A stretch of DNA of 62,000 nt, taken from NCBI RefSeq assembly GCF_001949145.1, contig NW_019091404.1, positions 1,488,001 through 1,550,000 on the forward strand, in the 5' to 3' direction. Position 1 is the first letter of the stretch. Each line of letters opens with the position of its first letter. The notes under the pieces were generated by a model that did no database searches, was not told where the DNA came from, and saw only the letters and a program-made list of their open reading frames with translations. This DNA comes from Acanthaster planci (lineage: Eukaryota). The position numbers and the translations under genes were made by a program. Shown in pieces: positions 1-14,900 of this stretch.

Positions 1-1695
1 GTGCACGTGCAGTATGAACACGAACTTGAAGTGCCTGTAGCATGTGATAGGCCTGCAGGGGTGTAATTCTCAAGAAATTGTAAGAGAAGGATCGGGACCC
101 TAACACACATGAACAAAGAATGTGTCATGTTACAAGCTTCCTTTAAAAAAAAAATCAAGAAGTTGCAGAAGTTTACCTATGCCGTCTGGTGGGCATTTTT
201 GCATGATTACCGGTGCTTTCCATGCATGTCGGTGTCCCTGAGATTATGAGCCAATAATTTTCCATTTTACGGGCAGGTGAATCAATTTATGGGTAGGATT
301 TACATTTATAAAATTGTACATGTGCTTTCAAGTACCGGTGCTTGTACGTGAATGCAACGTTACAAGAGTAGTCCACACTCACTGATGACGTACATGTACA
401 TGTAGCGCTAGAAGGCAGTTTTACATCTACGAAGAAAGGTTCCCGCTGAGCAGATATTTCTGTCTCTGGCTCAAAGTGAGTCATCAGTCATTTAGGATGT
501 TGCCTTCAGAGTCCCCTCTCCCGCCATGCAATAGTGTACCCCCTACATGTACATGTACCTCCATATTTCAGGGCCAGAGTAAGGGCAATCTTATTGATCT
601 TCTTGCGGAGGTGAGCCACAGACCTCTTACTCAGAACACAGCTATCTTGTGGTTTTACTTCGGTGTACATTTCTTCGCATGTGTACGGTGTGGTCACCAG
701 TCTGGGAAGTGTGGATCCCAACAGCCCTGAAAAACCTGCATTTCTAATGTTCGGTACATGAGAGGTTTTGTACTTTACAGAACTTAGAGATACTGAAAAT
801 TGTGAGGGTTTCTTTCCTGCAGAGTTTTGTTGTAACAGCTGAGAAAATGAGGTTAAAAATTGAGGAATGAAATTACAATTGAGGCGAAGGATGAATTTAC
901 CTATATACCAGGTATTAACCCTACAAGTTTTGCTCATTTAGGGTAGCTGCAATTGATATTTTTTTATTACAAGCCTGTAAAATGCATCTTTGTGCCTCAG
1001 TAAACCTTATTTTCAACTTTGGTTTCACTATTTCAAATGGTATTTTAGTGCCTTTTTGGTTTTTATGCTAATGAGTATTTCCATATTCGTGAGCAAGACT
1101 GTGATGTCATCTCAGGAAGAAGCCTCAATGTTACATTGGTTGTGCACAAAAAAGTATTGCATTTTTGTGGAATTATCTGGACTGAGTTTTCTGTTCTTTG
1201 CTGTTTTTTTGCAAAAGAAACCATCAAACCCTATTTCAGGAATGTTTTCAATAGTAAATTCTGGGTTTACAGTTTGAATAAAAATACCTACAGTACATGT
1301 ATGCACTGACACATGTCTTCCCTAGATGACTTCACAGCAACAGCGCCCTCAGTTGTCCTGGAAAACATAATTTGATAATTTTGATTGTTTAAAGTGTGAA
1401 CTTTTCAGTGCATTTAACCAAATAGCAGTGTGTAAGAGTTTTCATACTTGGGAAGAAAAGTACAAAGATGCAGAAAAATTGAGTCATAGAAAAATTCATT
1501 GCAGCTACACTTTAAGATTTCATTTTGTGCAGATAAACGATGTTATATCGTAGACTGCATGTTTCTAATGACATGAGCTAGGAGAGCGAAAAAAAAATGT
1601 AAAGACAAAACAAGAATGTCCTTGTTCCCGATTTTGGTTAGTAGGCTAGACTTAAATTGGCAATCCTTCCCTGTTTGTTACTTGTCTTGTTCCAG

Positions 1696-4318
1696 TTATG
1701 ATACCGACAAGAATCACTTCATAGAACTTCTGGAGTTGAAGTTCATGATGGAAAAGTTGGGAGCCCCGCAGACGCATTGCGCCCTCAAGGACATGATCAA
1801 AGAAGTAGATGAGGACCACGATGGAAGAATATCATTCCGGGAGGTCAGTTTTCAGTTTTGTCCCTCTTCATTAACCCCTTCGCGTCGGGAAGCTGATAGA
1901 GCCGCCGTAAAAATTGAGATCCTCAGCCCGCTTTTCAGCTAATATTCTCAGCCCACGCTCGAGCGAACACGGTGAAAGAAGGCAGACCCTGGCTCTTGTA
2001 TATATGGTAATTGGTCTTTGTGCGTAGCCCAGAAATGAAAAGACCAAATTTGCATCATAATCACCAGCTTCACAATAGTCCCTACTTTGAAAAGAGGCAA
2101 CGGGAATGTGGAAGGTTGAGTAGAGCCGCATGCCACCGAACAGTCAGCCTTTTCACCGTGTAATTCAGAGCATGCAGAGCACACAGGGCCACAAACGGAG
2201 AATTTGAAGTTTGGCAGGTGGCCTTCACATTGAAGCTTGAGACCGCTCGAGTTCATGCCCCTTGAAATTTTGGGGGGCGTCAATATCAATTGTTGAAGTC
2301 ACTGACAGTGATGTTGCAGATTTTGTTTCGTCTCCCCGTTTCTCAGTTTCTGCTGATCTTCCGCAAGGCAGCAGCTGGAGAGTTGGAAACGGACAGTGGG
2401 CTGAGCGACTTGGCCAGACTAACCGAAATCGATGTGGACAAAGAGGGGGTAGGCGGAGCCAAGAACTTCTTTGAAGCAAAGGTACGGTGTATGTCGCTCG
2501 TGTTTGTACAGGGTACATCTCAGAAAGTGAGAAATTGAAAGGCTCTTTTTGGGGGGGATTTGGTGCTTCTGGTTTCCCCCTAGTCTTTGGAAGGGTGTTA
2601 AATTCCGTTGATTTACCTTTGGACAGTTTTTGAGGAATGTACATGCGGTTGAAATTACTGTAGACGTGAAGTGACAAGAGTGAGATTTTTAAAAGCAAAC
2701 TAGAGAAGCAGGAAAAAGTCTCATACATGTAAGTTGCTAAGAAAAACATCAGGTAATCGCAATTAATTTGGAGTTCAGTCAGAAATTTAGATATAGCTCT
2801 CAACATTTCCCCCCCCCACAAAGCTTACTTGGAGTCGGCCCCACATGTGCTCGTCAGTTTTCACCCGTATCTACATGTACAGTATTTAAGTGGCTTGGCC
2901 TGTATCTTGGAATGCTAAAATCATCTGGTTTTTCTTCTTTCCTTGTGTTTTCCTGACCATCTTTCCAATGATCTCTATCCTAATAGCTCCCCTTATCCCT
3001 TGTCCTTAAAATCCTCACCTTCCTGTTCTTAAGCTTTCCACCTGCTTCCTCTGCCAGTTGAGCGAAGGAAACAGAAGACTGGCCTTTATTCAAGGCTGGA
3101 ATTGTTCACCCTGAGTTGGAGCATGCTTGAGCAAATATGCTGCACATTGCCACCACTACTGTGTCAAAAAATTTTATACAAGGCTAGTGGTACTTTCCAG
3201 TTTCATGGCCTCAAACGTCCAAGCGGGACCTTGTAATGTTGTGTGTCAGAGAGCTGCAGACCGCTGGGAAACATCAGGCTTGAATCCAGTCTACTGCTGC
3301 ACACATGCAAACTTGACTTCCTGGCAAGACAGTGTCATCACAGATGACCTCTGAACTTTGCAGGCTATTAATAACTTCCATAGCTAATCCGCAGCCGCCA
3401 TGACTTGTACTTAGGTGTACTGTAGAAGATGTTTATGAATGGAACAGTTGCCGTTGTTTGATTCATTATTCATCAAAGTACTGGTGCATTGCCGGTGTGT
3501 TTCACATGCATTGAACTTTTTAAACGAGAAACCTGGTTGTGCACCCGAGGGTGAAATTCATGAAAATTTGCATTTTCGCGAAACTGATTTTAACAAAAAG
3601 GCAATAGGCTTCAATTGATTTGGCAGTGCTACCAACATGGATTAGTGGATTTGTTGCCAATATGGGCTTTGTTTTATTCATTGGCAATATTATTGGTTTG
3701 TCGGAACTGGAAAAAATGTCTTGTACGTGTGCCGTTAGGCCTTCATGCTACGCCACCTTTTATTACTAAAAGTTGCATTCCAAAATATGTATAGCCGGTG
3801 TTAGAATAAAGAGCAAGCAACGACAAACCCCGATCCCGCAAACTTGGGGGGGGGGGTTGTGAAATGAACTTACACCACACTGTTTCTTGCTGGTAGAAGA
3901 TTTTGAGTGGGGAGGAAGAAGCATCAATATACACATTACATGTCTACCACAACCTTGTTTTGTGGACTGAATTTGACATTGTAGTTCAAAAGCGGGGTGC
4001 CAGCTTTCTGTGGTGCAAAAGGATTCAGTGTTTCAGCGACACAGTACAAAACCTGACACAGTTGCTGTTAAAACCTGCATGTCTGTGCTAGACCGGGCCA
4101 CCGGGGAAGGTTACTTGTGTTGATGTTACCTCTCGTTCTAGCCGTTGTGTCTCCTTCATTTTTATATTTACAACGAACAGATCAACGAGCAGACGAAACT
4201 AAAGAAGTTTGAAGAAGAGATCAAGCAGGAACAGGAAGAGAAGAAAATCCAGGAGGAGGAGAAGAAAAAGAGGAGGGCGGAGTTTAAAGCCAAGCAGGAG
4301 GCGTTCAAAGTTGCGTAG
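1696..4318 (+). CDS. EFHD2: EF-hand domain protein D1/D2 (swiprosin) homolog, 5'-partial; exons 1696-1843, 2347-2481, 4181-4318
   Basis: Spliced translation: YDTDKNHFIELLELKFMMEKLGAPQTHCALKDMIKEVDEDHDGRISFRE|FLLIFRKAAAGELETDSGLSDLARLTEIDVDKEGVGGAKNFFEAK|INEQTKLKKFEEEIKQEQEEKKIQEEEKKKRRAEFKAKQEAFKVA*. This matches the swiprosin pattern (two EF-hands, MMEKLGAPQTH, GAKNFFEAK, C-terminal coiled coil). AG/GT boundaries and phases are consistent. Exon 1 was not found and is presumably upstream of the window. Likely co-ortholog of EFHD1 and EFHD2. Confidence 0.95.
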
Positions 4319-6260
4319 ACTTGCCGGCTGAATGAGAACGGCCCTGAAAGTCATTCACTGTGACCAGTATGCCTCCAAGGCTTCGAAACCACACTTACCA
4401 TTGGTCTCATCAAAAAGCATTAAACTCTTCCAATCCTTGAATTTTCCTCATTAATGGTGCTTTGCCCAAGGAAGCATCTAAAAGTGTTAACATTCCCCGT
4501 CAAGGCATCAGTGCAAGCAAACTCCAGTGAGCAGCTCAGAGGTAAACCACTAAAAGGGACGCTCGTTATAGACGTTAAAAAAAAAGATGTCTCGTTGTCG
4601 AAGGACTGCAGTCCTGTCGCCAACATTAACAAATTGGCCAAGCCACTTGTCTCACTGTGATGGTGCTACATGTATCTAGCATTTGATATGATTATGAGCA
4701 GCTGGGCACATTGTTCAAGGTCCGTCATGTAATCCACCTGTCTACAGTTGTCGGTACACAGCCCATAGCAAATTCCGCTTGGGCAAACCGTTGTGTACAT
4801 GTATTTCACAGCATTAGCCATGTTAGCACTTGCAAGTTCTCGAAGATTTTCTTGCATTATTCCAACAGTATCTTATTATCGACAGCATTTCTTGATTAAA
4901 ATGTAGACTGCAGTATTCCGGGACTCTGATTTGATGGGCTCTCCAGAACAACCTGATGCCAGTGAGTTTCAGTTGAAATACTCTGACTAGTTAGAGTTGT
5001 TATCCTTGGTGTGTAATCACAGTGAATAATTGCACCTGTTATTGTGTAATCCATGGTGAACATTGGCTTTTTGTAAATGGTAACCACACAAATGGTTTAT
5101 TTTCTTTTGTATTGTGTTAATCAAGAAAGGTTTGTGTAATTGTAGGACCCGGATCAAGGTAGGTTTGAGTAAGTTTGCAGACAGACGTTTGTCACCGTTT
5201 CCCACTGGAGCAGACGAATCTTTTTGAAAAAAAAACAAACTTGCTAGTAAGCCGTTCGGCGAGGCTGGAGTTGAGTCTTCACCAGTCCCTCGCAAGTCAT
5301 CGCGCAGCCTCCATTGCGGGGCATGTAAGAATTGCTCCCTTGTCTTGCTAGGGCAGCGAGACCAGCCACTCAAACGTCCGATGGGGGTTAGATGTACACG
5401 AACCGTCTATGTCTTGTTCCACCGAAGTGGGGAATAAACGGAGCAGGTAGTTTTACTAATCTTACATGTGGCTAACATTCCATGCAGGGCTGGGTTTGAA
5501 AACAACACAAAATCAGGCGCACTTTTTATACCACTTGCAATCCAGTTTCACATCCAACGATGTTCCACGTTTCCAAATTTACAGTGTATACTCACCGAAA
5601 GCATTATATTATCTCACCGAAACTGGAATACGTACCTTGATTTGTATTTGCTGTGACACGGAACAGTGCACCTTGCTGTATTGCCGAAGTAGCTTTCTGA
5701 TGTGTTAGTTTATTGTAAAAGTCTTGCCATTAGTTGGTCCAGGAAAAAGGGGAAAATAAAAGTGGAGGGGACTCTCACCTGCGCGCCTTGCCTGTAGCCG
5801 CCCCTTGACAGAAGTAGGATAAGATTGGACTAATACTTCAGTAACCTTGTATATTGCACTTGCATTTTTAGTTACACCCTTTAATGGACTTTGCGAGGCA
5901 TGATTAGTTGGCAGAGTAAACAGTAAATTTGTGGTGCAGGAGCCACCATTTGACAGCCACAGGAAAAGGGTGACCTCAAAAGGTCATGTTTGTGGTTACA
6001 GTGGACAGTGGCCATTAATGAGTGGCTGCAAGGGGTACAGGCCAGATTGGACCAGTGGCCCAATTGGACATTGTCTACTTTGTGTAGATCACACAGTAGA
6101 CTCGGTCACTTCTTGAATATTCACCTCTTCCCTACTGTCTTGCCCAAATCTCCCGATACAGACATACCTTGGGGTCAATTTTCCGTTATTTTAGAGTGCA
6201 TTAAAGCTGAGGGGAGTATTAAAGGAATTTCAAATAAAATGCCAACAAAGATGTAAACCA
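4319..6260 (+). other. Probable 3' UTR of the EFHD gene
   Basis: Non-coding sequence after the TAG, with AATAAA at 5755-5760 and 6233-6238 followed by T-rich sequence. The true end is not determinable. Confidence 0.4.
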
Positions 6261-7762
6261 TTATGAATTTCATAACCATTGTTACATAAAATAGAACTTG
6301 TGTACATATTTTTAATATCAAGTTACATATGCATGCTTACTTGAACAAGTGGATGTATCCAAACACATGGTATGTTTCTCTGTTATTTTTTAAATTGCGT
6401 ATTTTTTAAAATTTCTTTTTTAATGTGGAATGTGTATGCCATTTTGTATTGTGTCGGTTCAGAGCTTCATAGTTCTTTGAAATGAAAATTCATTTTGTTA
6501 CTTTTTAACTATGCATTTTCATATTTTATGATTTTATTTTTATGGTTTTTTTTCATTTGTGTACATGCTTTTGAATTTAATCCTGGAATTTGCAATTTTA
6601 TTTACAATTTATACATGTGTACTGGGTTATGTGTCATTAAAAAAATGGTTATTTTAGACGACTCATTCATGGCGGCATTTGATTTGCCATTGACCCTTCG
6701 CAAATCTCCAAATAATTTCATTTTCAACACATGAAAATAACTTACGTGGACCGATTGATGCCTCATATTCTGAAATTCAGTAAAATGTGTTTATGCCCTC
6801 TCCAAATTTTACTGAACTCAAAGAATACATCTACATTTTGGCTTTTCTCTGGACTCGCCTTTTATTGTTAATAACTAATCTTGTGATCTGCCGTAACTTG
6901 GGTTTTGGTCCATGAAATGCTTTGAACATTGATTTTTCAGCATTGTTCCTTCACAGTCCACAGGCGGGCGTGGGGGGGGGTGTGTGTCAGTGCACCCTCA
7001 CCCAGAACCAGTTGGCAATGGTATATTTTAACTTTACATTCTCCGAACAGGCAAGAAATTTTGTGTTGCACTCTCAGGTCACTTTTTGAAATCTCCCTGA
7101 AATCCAATCATTTGTACATCCTAGCGCCAGGATTGGAGAGGGGTAAAATCAGATGACCATTACGTAAACAAACCGTAATGGATTTATATGTTCCTAAACG
7201 TCTGTTCCAGAAGATGTCCTCAGTTGTCATGGAAACCAACTACAGGGGGCGATGAACTAATTGAATTTGCACTTCGAATTTTTCAAGATTCTTATCGAAC
7301 ATTCCTATTGAGCATAAAACTCCTTGCTTTAAATTCTTTGCTTCCTATCTTAAACGTTATGACGACAAAACACAGATGTCGGATGTTTAAGTGTCGTACG
7401 TAAAATTTAAAAGCAAATGTGAAGTCAAAAGTTCAATATTTGGAAACTGGGTACAAATTCGACCATAGGGTCTCATTTAATGGCGCTCTCATTGAATTAC
7501 AAAGAGTTGATTTGCGATTTTCTCATGAAATTTAAAAGGATGTGATTACTGATTTTTTTTTCTGCATACCCTCTCCCATGTGCGACTTCCTTTAGACCAC
7601 CAGTAACTGATCACAAGCTCCTTTTAAATCACTAGCGCCTTTTCGACCACTGACTAAAATAACCATTGACCGGTAATGGGGCTTCAGACTGAAGTATCTG
7701 CCAAAAATTACTTCGGGGGGGGGGTGCTCTCCAAACATTGGTGACAGGAGGGAGTTATGTAG

Positions 7763-8232
7763 GGTGCAGTCCACTAATTCAAGTGAGAATCTCCCAGTGG
7801 CCAGCTCATTAGCATCAACAGGCCCCCCCCGCTGTATCTTTTGAAAAAGGAGAACATATGGCCCCCAAAATGGTGAGATTGTATAAATCAAATCTTTGCC
7901 AGAATCAACTCCCTGGGTCTTTGAGCTTTCATAGAGAGCAGAATGGCTAAAAATACGGTTGAAAATGGTCTTAAGTGCCCGAGAAAGTTTAGGGTTGTCA
8001 CTTGAAAAATGGCTGCAAGCAGACTTCGGAAAAATCACTTTTGGGGGGTAATTTTTGTGTAGGAATAACTCAAAATGTAATCGGTTAACCCACAGAAAAT
8101 GAAAGATTAGGGACCATACAACAGTTCAACGTGTTTCAGATACCTCAGGGATGTTGGTACGAATGTTATTGGACCCCGAACATTACTGAGTTTACACTGC
8201 TTTCAATAGGGCTTGAATTAGTGGACTACACC
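7763..8232. mobile_element. Non-autonomous DNA transposon (MITE-like), about 470 bp
   Basis: Inverted repeat ggtgcagtccactaattcaag (7763-7783) pairs with cttgaattagtggactacacc (8212-8232), 20/21 match. No recognisable protein between them. Confidence 0.55.
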
Positions 8233-8361
8233 ATGGGTTGTTTTCCTGCATTATACGGTCTGGCGCCCTCTGTTGCTCATCCACGATTTTTTTTAAAGGA
8301 TCTGTGGCAGCGATCGCCAAAATACGAGACAGGTCCAGAAAAAGCGAAGCTGAATCCGGAA

Positions 8362-8511
8362 CAGTGTTTCCACTTTTAAGGAAATTTCCTTATTTTTAAG
8401 GAAATTTTCACGTCCTAAAGAAATTTATAAGGAAATGAAAAATTTAAGGAAATTACTGAAAATCTGAGAAAAAAATCCTAAGGAAATTTAATTTGAGGAG
8501 TTGAAACACTT
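8362..8511. mobile_element. hAT-like MITE, 150 bp
   Basis: Ends are cagtgtttccact and agttgaaacactt. TAAGGAAAT is reiterated internally. Flanks atccggaa and agccggag match at 6/8, consistent with a decayed 8-bp target-site duplication (TSD). CAG termini with an 8-bp TSD are typical of hAT. Confidence 0.6.
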
Positions 8512-11500
8512 AGCCGGAGGCCGAAACCAATCTCGCCTCAAAGCAACACTAGAGCTCGTCGGGTAAGAATAGTTACTAACCTGTGATTATCGTCGATAAA
8601 AGAGAAATTGTGCAGGTTTTTATATATGTAGATTTTATTCCACGTTCAATGCCATCGGTTTTATATTCCTTTTCTCCTCCTCTTCAGTTTTTTTAAAATA
8701 TAATTTCGTGCAATAATGGTCACTGGTTAGTTATTATGGTGCAACGCCCCAGGGTGTTTTTAGTTCATGTTTACTTGAGTTTTTTCTTTGCTTTTATATA
8801 CACGCATGAATAGTTCCATTTGCATAAATCCGTCGAAAACAGCCCAGTTTGGTAAGGTTTTTGCTTTTCCAAGAAAATTCCAAGATTATTTCTTTCTCCC
8901 TCATCTTGTCATCACATTTAGAAAAAAAAATCAACCATCCTACGAATCATTCTGAGTGAACTAACGCCGAATTGGCCAAACTTTGGCTTCTCATTGCATG
9001 CTGGAGGAAATATCAGACATTGTTTGCTTTTTCTTTTGTTCCAATTAGCATCCCAATTTTTGCTTAATCTCATCCGTTAACGTCACTATTCACATCGAAT
9101 ATTTGACAGATTTTTCCCGGACAAAATTCCGCGTCATCGTGAGTCGTAAATAACTGACAACGAAAAAAAATTACACAATCCCTTTAAAGTATTTTCACCA
9201 TAATTATACTTTATTCATCAAGGAAGTGTAAAAACCCCTCCGCGCTGAATATACAATTACAGTTTCAGCTTTGTTTACCCCTTAACAAAGCCTGTGTTAA
9301 CAGTTAATGCCTTGCATAAAATCTTCCTGCATTGTAAGCTCCTTAAAAGTTGTATGATATGATGTACTGTTTACATGTATACTAGTGCACGATTTAAGAG
9401 TTCCTGAAAGAGTTTCCATCAGTCCAATCTGTTATATGCAAGCGATCAGAATAACTTACCGGGGAGAGCACGTGAGTAGTAGAGAATTTGAGGTTGTATG
9501 GGATAGAAGTATGTCCAATACCTACTTTTATGTATGTACATGTAGAACTTTCATTTCAGACTAGTAGTATGAATGGTCTTAGCATGCGACCACTGAGACT
9601 TAATTACATGTACATGTATTAGGGTTAATTAATAAACAAAAATCATAATAATTTGCGGACGTAACTGCATTTAATTTTGTTATCAATTCTTTCCAAAACA
9701 CCTTTACTATATAAAATATATTTTAAATTATGGAGTTTAAATCTGTAAAATACGAGATCATACCAAGTCCAACCGTTTAACCCGCCAATAAAGCTACACA
9801 ATGCAACGCAATTAAACGAAGTTGGTACCAAATCCTTCAATACTGGCCAATTTCTTACCCTTGAAATGTTACCATTCAGGGGACGTACAGAAACATTCTT
9901 AAATTCTTAAAGAATACACATCTTCCATGGCAAAAACTTGGGGGATATTCGTTTTGGTGAGAGCTTCTTTCACATGCGAGGTTGCCATTTTTTAAACAGG
10001 CAACACGCAGCATGTACATGCACTGCAGAGCGAAGATGGCTGCAAAAGTAAAGCACAACAAAGTGGCCATATTACTCTTGCAACCAGTAAACCTTTTTTT
10101 TTGGAGAGTGCAAATGGTTGAAATCAATGATAAAATAAATGCTGGTGTTGCACAATGAAGAAATTCACTGACTTGGTGCTGTTAGAATTTCAAAACAGCT
10201 TTAGAGGGAACATGACTGCCTTAGATCATAAAACTTAGTACCAGTAGACGTGTCTAAACCAGGTACACTCCTGGTACTCCTTGTAAGCATCCTGGTTAGC
10301 CATGTCGAAGCTTTTGCTATTACACACAATGTACAAGATTTCCAGTCACCTGTACTTGTATTCATGTGACACTACCCGAGTTGTATATTGTTCCAAGTCA
10401 TTTTGATCCATTTAGGGATAACCAAAAATTCTCATACTTGGATTTCTGAAAGTGAACACTCCGCCTGGAGAGATCAGGTTACAAAATGGGCAAGCAACTA
10501 AAAAAAAATAAGAAAAGTTCTGTGTTAACTGCAGCCAAGAAAAAAAAAAGTGGAAAAGGTTCTTAAAAAATTGCAGCAAAAATTGTGGAAAATGTGTCCC
10601 TCAGCCAAAAAACTTCTAAAAAGGATGGTTTAAATGCAAGAATGACAGATTCTGGACAATTACATAGCTGAGAAGTACATGCATTGCTTAAAAAACAAAC
10701 AAAAAGGTTGCTTATCTTTTAAATTGTCATCGTTTATCTTTTAAATCTCAAAGTAATCTAACTGTGGGATATCTGTGTCAATTCATTTGTGCTTAATGAT
10801 TACCTTGCTGTATTTTTAATCCATGATGGTTATTTTCCCTGCAACTTGCACGCCTGAACAAAGTGGTTAAACTTGCCGCTGTGCACTACCGAAGCATTTA
10901 CTGTGGTTGCCATATCTGTATGATGCAGATGATGGTTTTCTAAACCCCTTCCATCATTTGTGTCCCCTGTGGGCATTATAGGCAGAGTAAACGAAGTCTT
11001 TTCTTAATATACACATGTTTTTGGTATCTTTACATTTAACAATTTACAAAAAAAAAAAATCAACCCAACACATGGGCATCAAAATAAATCAGTTCTTTGT
11101 TCATATTTACACACTAATTTTGGCATAATCAGTTCTCTCATTTATTTCGACAGCCTCCATTTGACCAGTTCTTTTTTCTAGTATCCTAGCATTCGGACCC
11201 AGGACTGTCAAATGGACAATATCTGTCACGCTGCTCTAACCACTGCAGGGGAGACTTCGGGCAGTGGCCATGTGGCACACTTCATTCTGTGGTCTTGCAC
11301 ACTGATGCCTGGTCCAATTGAAATAAAAACAACCCTCAATAAAGCAGTAAATAACCCCAGCGCTGTCAAGTGTCAGGATCTTAATGTTGTAGCCACACAG
11401 CCACGTACATACGATGTCTCAATGGTAAGCACGACTGCCCCTTTCACAAATCACGACATAAGTGCAGCTGGGTGGCTTCTCTTTGATGCAAATTTTGGTG

Positions 11501-11920
11501 CAAACGACCCACCGTGCCATCGGCAAACACAGGTTACGTCAAGAGATGAAGTGGAATATTTTTGTAATCCTGAGAGAAGATCACTCATCAGTGGCAGGTA
11601 GAAATCTTTGTCAGCAAGATGCCTCCTAGTGGTTGGCTTGTTTAATCTTCGGACAAGCACACGTGTGGAGCTACACACCCATACCTCATTATTCTACCAG
11701 TTTATATTTCTCAGATTTGCATGGCAAGGAAGGATCACGATCGAACAGCTGATAGGATCAGAGAGGCTCTTGGGGAAGGGAGTCGGAACCGTGCTAGAGA
11801 TTCTTCGCAGGATGCACAACCCTGGACGACCAATTCTTGGGCAGAGAAAGCAGTAGCAGCGAGTCCTTCCTCACAGCACACTTAACAATTCGGCAGTACG
11901 TCCCTCAGGGAGTCCTCACC

Positions 11921-14900
11921 CTACACCCGATTGAAGAGGTACACAATGAACTCGTAGGTGCACATCATGATGGCTGTGTTGGGGATCTGCCGCACGAGAT
12001 GCGTGGTGAGGCCGCCGTACATTCCCCGGTAGCCCTCTTCCCGAGCGACAGTGACCAGCGTCTGGAAGAAAGAGCGGTACTTCTTGCCTTCTTCCCGTAA
12101 CCTCGTCCGGGCGACCTCTGCAGAGGGATTAGGAAAAAACAGAAATATTCTGAATAAGACTTCAACGTCGTGCAGCGCCTGAGCTCGTGTGCAGAGTTAC
12201 AATTCAAAGCAGTGCTTTTGCCCACTGAGAACAAAAGAACGTAGGTTTGTAATACAACTTGCCATGTGCGCACAGGTACAAGGGTGTTGGGCAAGGGACG
12301 CACTGAATATATTTCTACTGAAATGATGAGTCTTCACACGTGTGCCCAATTAAAATCTTTCGTATCGGCCTGTCTCTTCTTTGAGGGGGCATTCCTACTC
12401 AGTGCAAATACTGCACAAAGGCATAGTGTTCCAAGTGTGTTCACAGGACTGTCTATGTTGGCTCAGCCCAGTGGCGTCTCTTTTGCTCTGACTGACCGTG
12501 TGGGTAGGCTAGTGTGGCTGCTATCGTCTTGGACGTGGCGGCCGCACCCATGAACATCAGAAAGTCCAGCTTCCTGCGCTGGTCCGTGATGTGGCCGTTC
12601 TGCTCCGTCAGCAGCGCCTTGATGTGCTCGTATAGGACGAAGTGGATGGCCGTCTCCGTGATGCCCATGTAGGAGGCCGAGATGCCACGGTAGAAACCCC
12701 GCAGTCCCTCCTTGCGATGGACGTACTGGGCACAACGGAACATGTTGGCGTGCTTCTTGCCATTGCTGGTAAGTTGTCAGAAACACAGAACACCAAATGA
12801 GCCCTTGCACGCAATGAAGACAAAAATGTCCCCACTTTCGACTACAAGTTTGCATGATATCGGATCACAGCTTGCCATAAACATGCCAGACTCTACAGAG
12901 GAATAAACGCTAGCTTTTCTATTCTTGTATTAATCCTCCCATTTGAAGAATTTCCAGTAAAAATACAAAAATTCACAAGCTATTAGTTTAACGACAAGGC
13001 TCCCTCTACATTTGACTTTGTAATTAGGCCCACCTGAACACAGTTTTTTTGTTTGTGGGCTTTGTAATTTTGTGAGGTTTCACTACAACCAAGGGCCTAT
13101 TTCATAGAGCTGCTTAAGCACAAAATGTGTTTAAGTGGAAAAAACTTACTTGATAAATAAGGTTACCGACCAAAATTCCATGTGATGTATAATGTTTTGG
13201 CATGATACTCACCTGTTAGCATGACAATCACATAAATTTTGAGCAGGTAACCTTTGTTTTTAAGCAAGGGTTTTTTGCGCTTAAGCAAATTTTGTGCTTA
13301 AGCAGCTCTATGAAATTGGCCCCAGGTATAATAAGTGATTCCAAAAAAAAAAAAAAAAAAGGAGAAACAAGTCTCACAAGCTTTCATACTGGTTTTCAAT
13401 TTGTAATTGCATGCATGGGGAACTTAAAAAAAAGAAATCAGCTGACCTCAGGAAAGTTGAATGCCTCAGGCACTCATTTCCTGCTCTGCCAAGGGACAAT
13501 AACCTCAAACCATACATGCAGCATTCTACAAATGTGCCTGCCATTTCCCTTCAATTTCCTCTACCACGCCGTTGGCCCGTGCTGTGCGGTGCAATATGTA
13601 GGTTATTGTGGGCATTCTTTGAATGAGCCCCTCTCCTTGCTGTTCAATTTCACGGTCAGTCTATCTGATTTTCAGAGCCAGACCCGTAAGTTCGAAACAA
13701 TATGTTGTATGGGCGGTTACCTAAGAAGACCCACATGAACGGTTTACAAATCCACAACCCGCACTGCCACTGAATTTTACACTTGTGGCTGAAATTCGAA
13801 TTCCACATTTCAGGGTGACCTTGATAACAGGGTGACAGATTTCAGAAATCTGAGGAGACGGGATGTGGGTTACCACCAAGTTTGCATATGTGGACATCCA
13901 CTTCACTTACACATGTTCCAGTTGGAGTCTGGTCTTGACCAGCCATATGGGATTTGTGAGCGTACACGCTGTGAACCCTGCATTCAAACACACAAGAGAC
14001 CCTCAGAGTAAGTATTTCACCAGACATATGGAGGGCCAACAAAAGCTCAATGATCAGTATTACAGGTTACTGTAGCATACAGAATATCTGGAGAGCTCCG
14101 ATTCTGATCGGGAAATTTAAAATCACAAAAGTTTGGTTCAGTCTAGTCTAATGGTTGAATTTTTCTTTCCTTTGGTGAAAAACAGTGTTGCCTTAAATTG
14201 ATTCTTCCTTGAACAACCCACTGTCCTTCTAGTCTTTAAGTAGTACATGGGTTTTTGTTTTAATTGAAGATACACTCTCTTAGGCATCGACCTCATTGTC
14301 AGGCTAACAAACTTAACCACTGTTTAATAATAAAGGACAAGTAAGGAGATTATCACCCCCATGGGTTGATAAACCTCAAACAGCACGGTGTCTCTAGAGG
14401 GGCTTTTAGGGAGAAATGTTACAAGGCATCTTAATGCAACCCACGATGTAGCGTCTTGAAGTCGGAGTGCATGTTGAGTATCTTCTGTGTCATAAATGAC
14501 CCATTTGTACTCCAAGAAAATAAAATAAAGCCTCAGGAAGGAGGGAACGGCAAGAGTTCCTCACCTGCAAAGCCAGCTGACAGCAAGTGGACTAGTGATG
14601 ACTCAGGCTCTATTCTGTCGTTAAGGAAGCTCTTCATCTGTGCGTACGCTCCAAAATAGATTGCCCTGCAAGAGAAACCGTCAGACTCGGACTTTACTCA
14701 AAGCCTCAGCTGCATGCTTAACACAATGGAATTGCAAACAAGTTTTACGCACTAAATAAACCGTTCAGTGTAAATTAACCGTGACAAACGGTTACCCAAC
14801 CCAACGTCAGTGTAACTAAGTAAAGCCAACCAACATGCCCAACTGTTCACATTTCTTGGGGACAATTTCTTCAGCACACACCTTTGCCTGTGGAACTTTA

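Noticed and set aside
1871..2119. piggyBac MITE starting TTAACCCCTT
   Set aside because: The right-hand end matches too weakly to define an element.
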